This document shows, in pieces, positions 1 through 12,676 of a DNA stretch of 64,000 nt (positions within the stretch are counted from its first letter, which is position 1; each line of letters begins with the position of its first letter). The DNA comes from Paraspadella gotoi. Its lineage: Eukaryota; Animalia; Chaetognatha. The notes below the pieces were generated by a model. It saw nothing but the letters and a program-made list of their open reading frames with translations. It was not told the DNA's origin and ran no database searches. Location of the stretch: positions 13,842,414 to 13,906,413 of the forward strand of contig CM119263.1 of the NCBI GenBank assembly GCA_051294375.1, given 5' to 3'. A program made the translations under genes and the position numbers.

Positions 1-3000
1 CTCCGCGCCTCAACTTCATGCTGCAAAACAGGGTCTCCAATCTCTTCCTACGGCACCAAACAAATCACTATCAGAACTAGGAAGACGCACATACTCACTA
101 ACAACCGTACTCGCTGACCGTTACGACCCTATTCTGGAGCTGATTTCTGAGGAGCAATCAATTTAGCCGCCGACCACAAGCTCGGCCCTACTCGTTGATC
201 TTGATGATTTTTCAACAATCGCAGGCAAATCTTACCGCGGACAGGCCTTTCAGAGTCAATACAGTCAATAATGCATATTTCAAAATTGATTGACGAACGC
301 CCAGAACTCCACGCAACTCAGATTTGACCCTTCGAAGACCAAGCACGGTGGTTGAACACCACATTCAAACGAGGGTCCGCCTGTCCACTCCCAAGGCAAC
401 GCCGACTTGCACCTGACAAACTCAAAGCAGCCAAAAGAAGAATTTGCAAAAATGGAGAAGCTTGGGCATTAATACGGAAAGCAAGAGTGCTTGGGCATCA
501 ACCAACTGCATGTGGTCAAAAAAACCTGACGGCTCACTCAGATGTTGCGGTGACTACAGGCGCCTAACGCAGTCCACAAAAGAACAACCGCTACCCCATC
601 AAAAATTTGATGGATTTCAATGCACATGTCCGCAAGGGCAAAACAATTTTTTTCAAAAGTAGACCTTTGTAAAGGCTCCATCAAGTACCTGTAGCAGAGC
701 AGGAAATTTTGCAAAAACAGCGTCAATAACTCCTTTTGGCTCGTGGAATTCCCGTCACCCCATTTGGCCTCAAGAATGCAGGTCCTGAATTTTCAAAGGA
801 TGATGGACGAAGCCCCTCAAAGATGTACCACACATCTTTGTATATCTAGATGACATCCTGGTCGCCTCAAGCAATGAAGAAGAACACATGCAAGATCTCA
901 CACTACGGTTCTGACACCGCTGCAAGCAATGGTTTAGTAGTGAACAGGGCAAAATGTTACTGGGCGTACCATCACTCGACTTTCTCGTTACCAGGTAGAC
1001 GCCAACAGGCGTCAGGCCATTGGACACAAAAGTCGAACACATAAGCAATTCCCCCAGCCACATCAGTCAAAAGAGGTTCAAAGATACTTGGCATGCTTCA
1101 CTACTACCGGCGTTTCATTCCAACATCGCCGAAGTCCTTACACCATTATACCAAGCTTAAAAGAGCAACCCCGAGTCTTAAATGGACCGAGGAAATGACT
1201 CAAGCCTTCAAACAAGTCGAAAGGCTCTCGCAAAACGCCAAACTATGCTTGTCCACCCTGTGGACGGGCACCTTGCCCTGACGTTGATGCGTCACTGACG
1301 GCCATCGGCGGCGTCCTGGAGCAGAAGATTGGTGGTCAGTTGGCAACCCTTAGGCTTTTTCTCAGCCCGCTAGCTCACGAACCAGAAAAATGGCCACTTT
1401 CGACCGGGAACTCCTTGCCGCACACCGCTCATGTCCGGCACTTCAGGCCCTTCTGGAAGGGCGCTACTATCGTTCTGTTCTCTGATCCAGAACAGCCTAG
1501 TTCCCGCCATACGCAAGAAATCTTGAGCCACACTCATGCGTCAAACATATCAATTATCTTGCCATCTCCGAATACACAACAGACATTCGATACATTGAGG
1601 GCAAGGCCAACGTGGTAGCGGACACACTAATCCAAGAATCATCAGCCCAGCGAGCAGGTGGCCCAGAACCTGAAGGATCACAGGACCTTCAGAAATGCCC
1701 TCTGTTTGGTCGCAACGGTCAACGCAGTTGGCCCCAAAGGCGTCGATTTTGCCGCTTTAAGCCGGTGGACCAGAGTTCCGACGGGAGATCCAGCGACTCC
1801 TGGCGGACGCCCACACCAAGCCTGCATTCAAGATAGTTTCGCCTGAAAGACTTTTGACTTCAATCTGTGATGTCAGTTCAGAGCAGGGCGCGCCCCTTGG
1901 TTTCCCAAACTTGGCGCCGTCGAGTTTATGAATGCCATCCACAACCCCGTAGCTCACCCGAAGCGTCAAGATGCACAAAAAAGCTGGTAACAAAGAGATG
2001 TTGTTTGGGCCAAAAGCCGCGTCAGACGTGGCAAAATGGCTCAGGCTTGCCTTGACTGTCCAGCGCAGCAAGGTACAACGCACACCCAGGCTCCACTACA
2101 ACACTTATCGAAGCACCATCGAGGCCGTTTCGAACACATTCACATTGACTTGGTGGGTCCCTTCCCACCTCAGGCGGTACACGTACTTTTAACGCTGTGT
2201 AGACCGTTTTTGCCTCGCTGGCTGAGCATATCCCCTTCGGGATATCTCCGCAGTAACTGTAGCAACAGCCTTCCTTCAGAACTGGATCGCAATTCGGTGT
2301 ACCAGCCCGGTCACTTCGACCGTGGAACACAATTCACTCTGAATTGTGGCATCACTGAGCCAAGCTATAGGCTACAAGCTCAACACCACCACAAGCTTAC
2401 CACCGCAGGCGAACGGGAATGGTCGAACGGTTTCACCGTACCATGAAGGCATCATTGAAAAGCGCGTTGTGATGCCGTCCGGCGCAATTGGTTCAATCAA
2501 CTACCCTGGGTCTTATTGGACTCAAGGTCCGCACCAAAAGAAGCACCTACAAGCATTCCACCAGCAGAACTTGTATTCGGAGAATACAATAGCAATCCCA
2601 GGCGAACTGGTATATAGGTAACAGCCAACAAGAGCAAATGCCCAAAATGAGGCTGCAAAACTGAAAGACAGACGTTGCATTGTTTGAGACCAGTAAGTTC
2701 CTAGTTTGGCATCAAACCCACCTGTTCATCTTCCTCACAGTTCTTGCCTCCAGCAAACTGGGTTTTGTGCTCCGTGGCCAACAGGGTCACTCTCTCGCTA
2801 ACGCCCTACTTGGGCCCTTACAAAGTAGTTCAAGAGATGACAAGACCTTCACATGGACATCCCCGGCCGAGGACAAAGAAGATCACCATCGACAGGATCA
2901 AGCCCAGCAACAACAGAACCGGATGTCCAACAACACACTCCAGCAGCCCCACGTAGAGGACGACCACCAGCAGCAAACAGGCGAGTCGTTTCCTAGGGGG

Positions 3001-3015
3001 GGAGGGTCAAACTAA
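1..3015 (+). mobile_element. pol: Ty3/Gypsy LTR retrotransposon pol (protease-RT-RNase H-integrase), many frameshifts, 5'-truncated by the window
   Basis: Motifs occur in Gypsy order across changing frames: PILGADFL-like protease remnant (~128-150); SAWAS..KKPDGSLRCCGDYRRL (RT, ~485-570); FVYLDDILVAS (837-869); GGVLEQ/PLGFFS/FDRELLA/VRHFR (RNase H, ~1308-1450); IEGKANVVADTL (~1595-1630); CLDC plus RFEHIHIDLVGP, DRGTQFT and PQANG (integrase, ~2048-2420); purine run at ~2995-3006. Confidence 0.93.
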
Positions 3016-3762
3016 TAAAGAACAAGAGTCAGCCCAGCGGCCGACTCCACTCATTTCCACACATTTATATCCTCAGGCGGCCCAACCTCAACAAGCAACG
3101 TGAACAAGAACCTCCACAGCAACAGAACAGACGGCCATCACGACAAACGATCCACTGACAACCAACAACGAATCCAACCTCAGAGACAAGCAACGTGCAA
3201 GACAATACCATCGTCTGGGTTCTGAAGGAATAGAATATATATTGTATTAGATGTCTAAGATCTAACTATCAAGTCATTGCGCGAGATTCGTGATTGTTAG
3301 ATAACCGGTTATCAGCATATCACCCAGATCATCACCAGTTGGTCACTGTTACCGGATTAATTCACAACTTGCCTAACAGGCAACGTAATCATCAAAACAA
3401 AATCATCAACAGCTGGTTATTTTCATGATTTAACCAAGCTTGCCTAATAGAAGCAATCATCATACACTTTGACCAAACAAATCCATTTTTCCTTCTATCT
3501 CCCTATCTCTTCCTTTTTTGTAAATTTCTTCCAAAATATTTTTTTTTGAGAAGAGATATATGTAAATATTTATTGTAGCAAGACAAACCCCTTTTTAGTG
3601 GGTCCCCCCATTGTTTCTCCTAGACCTTATTGTTTTTGGGCCCAAATATTCCCGCCAAGGGAAACAATATTGTAAAGTACTTTGTTCCTTAACTAGTATA
3701 CAAGTCACCTCAACTGTAATTAGGGTCAGTTCGAACCCCTAAGGCCGAACTTGAGGGGGGGA

Positions 3763-4021
3763 TGAGGCGATCTTACCACCGGTCTCTTCTCTTCTAAAAC
3801 CCTTCTCTCTCCTCTTTCTTTCGAGCCGGTCTATTCCACACGGTTCCACTTTGCCCTAGCTTTGGCAATGACCTTAGATGACCGGACACAGTAATAAGGG
3901 CCGAGGCGATCGTAAGGATCAAGTGGGTCGGGCGATTGATAAAAGTGGATCAGTGAGAGAGCTAGTCTCACATTCTTTTCTAACTTCTCTTACATCGTCA
4001 AATTCTTGCACCTTCTCCTCA
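3763..4021 (+). mobile_element. Possible 3' LTR of the retroelement
   Basis: Purine tract GAGGGGGGGA (3753-3762) is followed directly by TGAGG, and CCTCA at 4017-4021 gives TG...CA ends with a 5-bp inverted repeat. No second LTR copy is in the window to confirm it. Confidence 0.35.
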
Positions 4022-4424
4022 CTTTTATTATTATTTTATTTTCGTCTTCTACATTCCAGATAATCACATGGTTACATAGATAGCAACAAGTAAAACAAGC
4101 ATCTTATAGTTTATCTTTCTAAAGAATTAACTAAAAAACCAAGTGTTACATGAAACGAGCCGGACTTAATGATCACGTAATTACGAATTTATAAGACTGA
4201 ATTACTTAGTAATTTATGAATTCTGTTGCATTCACTTAATAGTCATGTTATCGTATTTATTTATCGTATTTATCGCATCTAACTTAATACCAATTACCAA
4301 GTACATATTAACTACAGATTTAACCAAGTTATGAGCATTTAAAACATCAAGAGAAGGACTGATTCTCAGTGATAGTGGACATTAGTAAAAAAAGTACTAA
4401 TGTTATGGGCTAAATATTATTCAA

Positions 4425-7400
4425 TTACACATATGACATAATAAACTCGTCGTGGTCCATTTCGTCCATGTGATCTTTTTGAGTCCTTTTTGACCGGAGA
4501 TGCTGGAAAAAAAAATATACAAACTCTAATCAAGTATTAATAAGTTTAAAAAGCACTGATAACTTATTTTTATTGGATTTTCAGATATATGTTATCAATC
4601 ACGACGAATCGGATGAGGTAGTGACTTTTATGATCATCATTATATCACATTGTTACAATCAAAATTTTGAATTTTAACTTGTTGCCACCTACCTTGTCGT
4701 CGTTTTTTAAAAATTCCAACAATATTTCGTCTTTAAAAATAAAAAAACAGTGACTTTCCTCCCGATTCTTTTTATTATCTTCGTGAATGATTTTTGAACC
4801 ACGCTTTGTGAGTGAATCAGCCACGAGTCAGAGTGAAAGAGAGGGATGATCCTCTCTCACAGATCCGCAGTCTCTCACAGACAAACCAGAAGAGTTGGAG
4901 GGAGTTGAGGAGTCAATCCCGAATCCGCGATCGATACCTAAACTGTCGTAATCAGCTCTCTGGCCGATAAGTGCTCATTGCTCATTTGCAGATTTCCGAT
5001 GGCTTATTTTGATCGAGGTTTTTGTAGTAAGAGTAAAAAATAGACTTATAAGAGTAAAAAATATGAAGGTAAAATAAACACTATTTTGTGAATAGTGATA
5101 GTTGATTAATCCCTTTCCTTTTTTGCAATTGTAATTTTTTTTATTCTATTGCTTAATGTAACTACAGAGGTAAAATGCAGATAATAACTATAATTATAGT
5201 TTAGTGCAATAAATCATCAATAAAAAATAAATATCTAAATGAAAATTTTATAAGCAATATTAAGTGATTAATATTAAATTAGCAATCTTACCCATAACTT
5301 CGGACAGGCTATGGTGGGTGAAGAATTAGGCCTCCATCCCTCTTACTAAATAAAAACTTAAAATGACCAAGACTCTCTAACCATCTAGCTAGTTAATTAA
5401 CTCCAAGAAAACCTGGCTTTCCTATCAATGAAGTGATACAATAAAAAAAAATATTATGAAAAGGAATTTTTTTTAAAAATATTCAGTCAATTAGTACAAT
5501 TTAATTTTTTTTAATTGAACCATCTCTTTTGTTGTTTCATCATATTCAATATTTTTGAAGACGTAAAGATCTTTTTCATTTCATCCTTTTTCATTTCTCT
5601 TTCCTTGCTCTTGGTTATCTTTTTTGATTCGTCCTAATCACCAATTACAGTAGAGTTTTTCTATTTAGTATTCTCATCCAACTCCCATAATATTTTTTTT
5701 TAGTTTTGTGTCCTTGTTCAACTCAACATTCTTAAATAAAATTTGTATCATTCTCAATCAACTCCACCTCACTAGCCTTGGCGTTCAAATCAATATTACT
5801 CTCACTTTTATTCGAATTCTCATCGTTTGTAGTCCCGCATGTTTACATTATCCGAAAGTTGTCTTTTTCAACAATTTCAGGAATTTTTTTCCGCGTTCTC
5901 AATTTCAATCGCGTTTTTGTTATCTTCACCTTCTTTCAACGCAAGCTTCCGAGAGTTCTCCCTGAAATTATCATTAACGCTACTTTAATTTGTCTCTTCA
6001 TTATTCAAAGTCCGTATACTCGTTTCCGCAGTCTCTCTTAAAGGTTGCATTTCAACCTCCGCCGTTTCTTTGTCTAGATCTTGATCTTCTAACTCCTCAG
6101 GATCGACACCAGCTTCGAATTCTTCGCCGTATTCGAGGCACTCGGTCTCGATGTCCGCCAACACGCGGTTGAACTCGGCACCTGGCTCGAGATTTTTGGA
6201 GAGACCGAAGAGTGCCAGGGTTGCCGGCAACGCTTTTTCTTCCTCTAAAGAATTATTACTCTTGCCGAAGTGAACGAGGAGGCGCAACTTCAACGTGCGA
6301 TTTTCCATCAACACCTTGTACACGGCGAAGATGGCTTCCCGTATTCGGTTTTCGCGTTCGAATTTCTCCAAGTTGGAGTCGTTAGCCCAGAGAGTCGTTT
6401 CCTGAATGAGACCGGCGACGTTTTTGAAAATGTTGTCGTTGTTATGATTCCTATTATTGTCGTGTTTCAGGGCGACGCCATGATGAAATATCGCTTGAAG
6501 CACTTCTAAGCGTTTTAACAAAAATAGTTCGTCGTAAGTACAACAATATTCGATTACGCTGACGGCGGAATCCACTGTCTCCTCCGATACGGAGTGAGGC
6601 GAACGAAGAAGCTTTGAAATTTCGGATCTTTTATGCAAGCTCGATGAGGAGAGTAAGCTGCTTACGGCTGGACCAACTTCAATCGCAGCTGAATCCTGCG
6701 CGAAGCCCCTGATCTTCCACAAAAGCGTGCAGATGATACACCGGTGCGGTTCGCCTTTGACGGGGTTCTCAGACGACAAAGGATAACTGGAACCTTCGTC
6801 ATTCACGCATCTGTTTATAAAAATAAAAATTATAATATAATATATATAATATAATTATAATATTATTAGTACAAATTCAACTTTACCTGCAATTCTTAAC
6901 GTGCCGTTTTTGTTCTGCGTCGCAAGTTTTTTCTCCGTTTTTCAAAAATACGTATGCCCAAAAGACAATTAGCATTATCCCCAAGCCAGAGCAGATGATC
7001 ATGGAATTCATCCCGGAAAGGACTATGAAGCAAAAAGTACTTTGAGTCCAAGTACATGTCCTACCCGCCATTATGACCTGTGCAGTCTTCTTTTGAAACA
7101 AGGGACATTTTTTAAAAGATCTTGAAGCCATTCCTATGTGAATGAATATTGGACTCAGGAGAACGAGGATCGTGATGAGGGTGTTAGCGAGGACGTTCCG
7201 CTTTCTCGGGAAGATAATGTCTGTCGGGAAGACTATTCTGCAGAAGATCATGAAAGGAAAAGCGACATAGACAAGACGGTTCCCATCTTCGGCGCATTCG
7301 CTGAGAAAAGTGACACCGGCAATGGCGGAAAAGATGTTGGCTGAAATCATTACGGCGTGAACTGTGGTGAAGTTAAAGATGATTTCTTTCAGGATTGTCT

Positions 7401-10321
7401 TGCACTTGGCGATCACCGAGTCGTTGGTGGGCTCCGGAACCGGGAGATATTTGTTGCCGATCGTTCCCTTCATGGATTTCACAAATCCCTTGGTCGCGTG
7501 ATGCTCGTACGTGACTTGTACGATCTTTCGCAATTTGCACCGGTAAGAGTAAGACTCGCTGGGCGCTTCTTCGATGATATGAAGATTAAACCTTCTTTTG
7601 AAGAGAGTCATTCCGTTCAGCGACAGAGTCTTCGAGGCCGACAAGATCGACGTCACGATGCTGAAAATCTGGAAGTAAGAAATGTTGCTGTCTCTTCTTT
7701 TAAAGATTATGTACATTTGCAAGGAAGCTTGCGGGAAATCCTCGAGGCACAACGTCGTCAACTCGAACCGCGCGATCTGCTGGTTGCGAGCCGTCACGCA
7801 AGCTTTAGCCCCTTGGCCAATGTTATAGTTATAATAGTTGCAAAGAAAATCGTCTAGTATGTATAACAACTGCGCTAGTCCAACAATGTGGGCCAAGAAG
7901 ATGAGAAACGTTTGTTTGGACTTTTGGTGGAAAAACCTCAGGTTCTTTCTGCCTCTCAAGCCGATAACGCCATTGACCAAACCCGGCAAGATGACAAACA
8001 AGAAGGTGAGGCTACTCCACGTGTTGTCACCGTTTTGACGATGTTCGAATCCCGTTTGAACGTCTGAGATGAGATCGTTAAGAAACAAGATGGCGCTAAT
8101 CACGGATGAAAACTTCAAACGCATGAAAATCGAAGCCAAGATTAGCTTCTTGCGTTTTAAATACAGGTACCACTGATATACTATGAAAAAGGCTATGGGT
8201 AGTGTCGGCGCAAAAGGAACGCCGGAAAACGCGACTTCGTGCAGTTGGACAATCAAATCAACAGAAATCAGAAAATTGGTGGTTGTGGAAATTTCTTGTG
8301 AATTGCTCGAGTTAAAATCGAGAGTTTCATTAGAGATGAAGGACTTATTGCCTTGAGAAAAATTGACCCTCATTATGATACAGGCATCGTACTTTTTCTC
8401 CATAGACTTTTGAATGCCCCAGATGGCGACGTTGGGCACGACGGCGATTGCCGACCACCAAAGCAGCGCCGCCAAATGATACTTTTTTAAATCGATAAAG
8501 TAGCGAGGATCCAGGATTCGCAGATAGACTGTCACTGAAGACGCCAGCATGAGGAACGGGACCTCGGTCCGACCGCCGCACTCCATCAAAGCCGCGATGA
8601 GCGGCGCAGAGAGGAAGAGCGAGAAAAAGTAGTAGAGGCAGAACAAGATCCTGATGCAGACACGAGTCACAGCGTGCTGGAAGTCGAGGGGAAAGACGTG
8701 ACCGTCGAAAATGAAGATGGAGAGTTTGAGCATGACGCTTATCCAACTTAAACCGCGGATCAAGTCAAACTCGCGAAGGTGGAATCCTACGTAGGCGTAG
8801 AAAAGTACGAGGGGGCCGGCGTTGAGGAAGGCAAAGGTTATCCCCGTTCTGGATGTTATAAGCAAGGGATGTTGTTTTTTTTTTTAATTTTTTGAAAAAA
8901 AGTAAAAATATTTCAAGTATGAAAATATACTAAAATATACTAAAATATACTAAAATATTTCTTGTTTGTTAGTTATACCAGAAAAAGTTTTTTAAAAACA
9001 TCATATTTCTAATAAGAGCTGGGTCGCAGCGGTCATAAACTATTACAGCAGAAGCTGATCAGTGCGAGTGGGCTTTACTTTACTTTCATCCTTCCAGCTC
9101 CAACCGCTTCTTTGACTGAATAATATAAGAGGTCCGAAGCCCATCAGCGACAAGCTTCACGCTTGGATAATCATAAAAGCAAATGATTAAATTATATTCA
9201 TAGAATTTTGTTTACAAGAAAAAAAAACTACACCCCTGTAAATGAGACGCCGAATATCGTCAGGAACAATGTCTCCTTGCCGCCCTCTTTGTCGTCTTCG
9301 TCGACGACAGCGATCGACGCTGTGGTATAAACGAAGCACCTGGGGGATGATGTTGCCCAAACCGGCGATGGCGAGAAAGAGGAAGAGGAAGCGAAAGAGG
9401 AGAAAGACGAGACTTGGGTAGCGACGACTCGCTCGTGTCTGGTAAAATCGAAAGGCGAATGAGTAGAAGACAAAGGCGGAAACAGAGATTCGGGACAAGA
9501 GGACGAGAATGAGCATGAGCGACGACCAGATCCTGTGACCCTCCCGCGTCAGGGTGACCACGTAATTGAGCTCGGCCCAGAGGCCAACGCCAGCGAGGAT
9601 GATGCCGACAAAGCTGACGTAAATTTCGACGACTTCTTTGATGGACGGGCTGTAAGATTTGATAGGGGGAAGATAAACACAGATGACCAGACAAGTACCC
9701 ACACGGTACTGTATTGGGAATGGTTGGCCAGAATATTAAATTACATTTTAATAGAGAATAGGGACGAGGGATCGCCTCAAGGTAAGAGGAACTCAAATCT
9801 AATCATAAATGGATGCTTACAAACTAAACTGACCTTATTTGGAATATGCATGTATGAAATTTGTACAACCAATATAAAAATCCTCCATTCATTTAATAAA
9901 AAAGCTTTCTTGCTCCTGACTACAGGCTTTCTTACAGGATAATAACATAGCAGGACCCTTCAAGCTTTCAATAAAGACTCTATCACAGTCTAGTTTATTT
10001 ATTCATCGTTTACATTGCCAGAGAAATCCTTTAGAGAAAAATAGTAATCGCAATACTTAGTCATCGTACTTGAAAGTCTTCGTTTGAGTAGGATTTGAGT
10101 AGGATTTTCTCGTCATTGAACTTGACGTGTCACTCTCGGCACTGCTGATAAATATTTCAGTTAAATTTTTAATAGTAGATTGTGGAAGGTAGATTCTTTT
10201 TTTCGAAAGGGAATTAAAACTATTTGCTTTACTCGTTCACTCCGTCAGAAGAGAACATCCCCGCTTCGTAGTCTTCAGCTTGCAATTGAAGAGAAGCCGT
10301 AATTCTCTCAAGCGTTGCCAT
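4425..10321 (-). CDS. XK-related (Xkr/CED-8 family) multi-pass membrane protein, probably with tandem XK domains. Proposed coding exons: 10321-10233, 10144-10070, 9649-~9233, unresolved ~9160-8980, 8848-6887, 6810-5521, 4730-4693, 4502-4425
   Basis: XK motifs in the 660-aa ORF: FLNDLISDV..G...GD.TWSSLTFLFVILP and LCLEDFPQASLQMYI...FQIFSIVTSILSAS. A 76-nt GT-AG intron (6886-6811) joins the 660-aa and 273-aa ORFs in frame (KNCR|CVNDEG). Phases match for 10233/10144, 10070/9649, 5521/4730 and 4693/4502. Last exon reads HLRSKRTQKDHMDEMDHDEFIMSYV*. Frame breaks at 5521-5990 and 8980-9230 are unresolved. Probable 5'UTR donor at 10696 and acceptor at 10329. Confidence 0.75.
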
Positions 10322-12589
10322 ATTTCCGCTAAAAAATAAAAAACGCTCTCGTAAACATTTTTATACTGAAATACTTATAAGTTCCAAGTACTTTAATGAA
10401 GCCGGTTTGTTCTTTTGCGACCCAAAAACAAATATAATTGAAGTTACAAAATTACCTCACAAATCCATATGGTTATCGTTGATCGAAGCTTCATATTTGA
10501 TATCATTTGCTTCAAATGTTACTCGAAAGGCAGAGAATTTCTCAATTATTCATCGTCTTGTTTTTTATTCTGCCATTCAATTTTACTACTAATTTTAAAA
10601 TATAATATTATATTTTGTCATAGATTATTATATTTTTTGTTGACGTTTACATATAAAATATACTTTAGAAATACAAAATAATCCTCTTAGTCTTACCTTA
10701 ATTTTTACCCGTTTTTTTGAAGGAAAAATACTAGATTTTTCATTTTTGGAAAACTGCTGTGTTTTTCAGCCCTATTTCAGAACTGTTTAAACCCGTTTTA
10801 ACAACGTCGAAACAGAAACCGGTTACACTTTGGCGAAAACTCGTAACGTAACCGCGAAATAAATACCCCATTTCGAAAAGCTGTAAAAAAATTATTAGTT
10901 ATCCGAATAAAATAATAAAAAAATTAAAAATAATAAATCTAAAGCCAAGTGTGCCCAAATAAGATAGTAAATGAATAATTGATATGGTATTTCAGTAAAT
11001 AATGCGTAATGGTAGAAGCGTCACACCGACGAAGCGTTAACGATGATTTTGATTTTATGTCCTCTGAGGAAAGAAGCGACGCCGCCAAATGAGGAACAAA
11101 TTGAGTTGTTGTTGGTGTTGTTGTTGTTGCTGTTTTGGCTTTTAATCGAGAGGTGGTCATATTGTACTTCTTTGACTATCATATAAGCATCCCTGATGAC
11201 AAATAACTTTTGTATTTAGACAACCCGTTTTTCTGAAGGAAAAAAATGCCAGAAACTACTTTTTTCTAGCAATAACATCTGGCAAAGACCCTTTCTGGAA
11301 CTCTTGACATAACCATCCAAGTAGCATGGACGTGCAGACTTCGCTAAAATTGAGAAACGAGTCTCGTGACGTCGTCCAATCAAGTTGCCGGCTTCCCCCT
11401 TCCGCTGCCGCGCAACGTCACTAATGCGGTTTCTCTCTCTCCAGTGGTCAGTTTTGTTGCTTCTAACTGGCCGCCGTTACCAAGTCTTTATGCCTTGACA
11501 CCTACACAGATCGTCATCCTTATTTTCGGGCCGCGCGCCACCATAGAAAAAAAAGGGGAGGCCGGCCGGAGTCGGTGGAAGAGATATAGAGGCCGGCCGG
11601 CCGGTCGGTCGTCGCGGAACCAGCCGGCCGACGCAATGAGCCGACAACGGCCAAGCCGGTCTCGCGTCCTCTACCCCGCCTCTACCGGCGAACTATCGCG
11701 ACGTTAATCCCAAATTAATGACGTCGTTAATGCGTTATTCCAGTATCAACCTTACGCTTCTCTCAATTTTACAATTAACTCTGTGATGAGTTTGCGAAAA
11801 CTTATTTTTGCTTAAAAAAAAAAAAAAAAGAATTAAATTTAGAAAAGATGGGGGAAACTGTTAGAAAGTTCCATTATCCAAGAAAGATTCTTTTTCGAAA
11901 CTTTTATCTGCTGCATTAAGTTTCTACGGTCGATCTTACGTCTCCTTCTCTCCCTCGCTTCCTTTCTCCTTTTCCGCTTTACTGGATCGAGGTCCTGAAC
12001 AAAGATTTCAGGGGAACTTTGAATTTCATAATGGGGCATCTTCATCGAGAGCGACCGAAGCCGCCGACGCTGCTGAACCCTCTACCACCATCACCACCGA
12101 CGTCGCCATCCCCCCTGAATCCTCACGTGAAAATCACGTGATCATCATCTATCGATAGCGTCGATAACAAAGGAACGAGTCACGCGAATGGTAGCAGCGA
12201 GTGGAAAATGCAGAGATGGAATCTAAAGTAAAAAATATAAACGATTTCCTTTTCTTTTTTTTTAAATTCGTAAATTAAATCTTTTACATTCTAATAATAT
12301 ACATTATTTCTGTAGAAACATACGTATTTTTTAAACAACGTATTAGATTATAGAAAGATGCGTGGATGCTGTCAAAAATCTGGAAGATAGATGTACATTG
12401 TACATAGAGAATAAAAGCATCGATTAACGACGATGACAGCGACGACAGTTTAACGACGACGTCAAAGCGGCCGGCGAAATTGCGACTCATGATGATAAAT
12501 CTTTCCGTCGAAATATTAGGGGCAAGGTTACTAACGGAACTCCCGTCAAGACGTTACCTGACTGGGCGCTATCATTTAAGCAAAGTTGC

Positions 12590-12591
<2 letters not shown>

Positions 12592-12672
<81 letters not shown>
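12592..12672. repeat. (GA)n microsatellite
   Basis: About 40 uninterrupted GA units. Confidence 0.98.

Positions 12673-12676
<4 letters not shown>

Noticed and set aside
8150-8865. N-terminal third of the 660-aa ORF as a rhodopsin-like GPCR fragment (YLRILDP, LLWW...P, Cys loop, P...Y)
   Set aside because: There are no DRY or NPxxY motifs, and the first ~115 aa fit the C-terminal half of an XK domain better (R...F...GFHL, TR...YY, Y...DP). A profile search would settle it.
9001-9180. In-frame TAA/TAG/TGA within XK-like sequence as evidence of stop-codon reassignment
   Set aside because: All three stops terminate intact genes elsewhere in the window (ASPG TAA, MBTPS2 TAG, egr TGA); indels explain the segment more simply.
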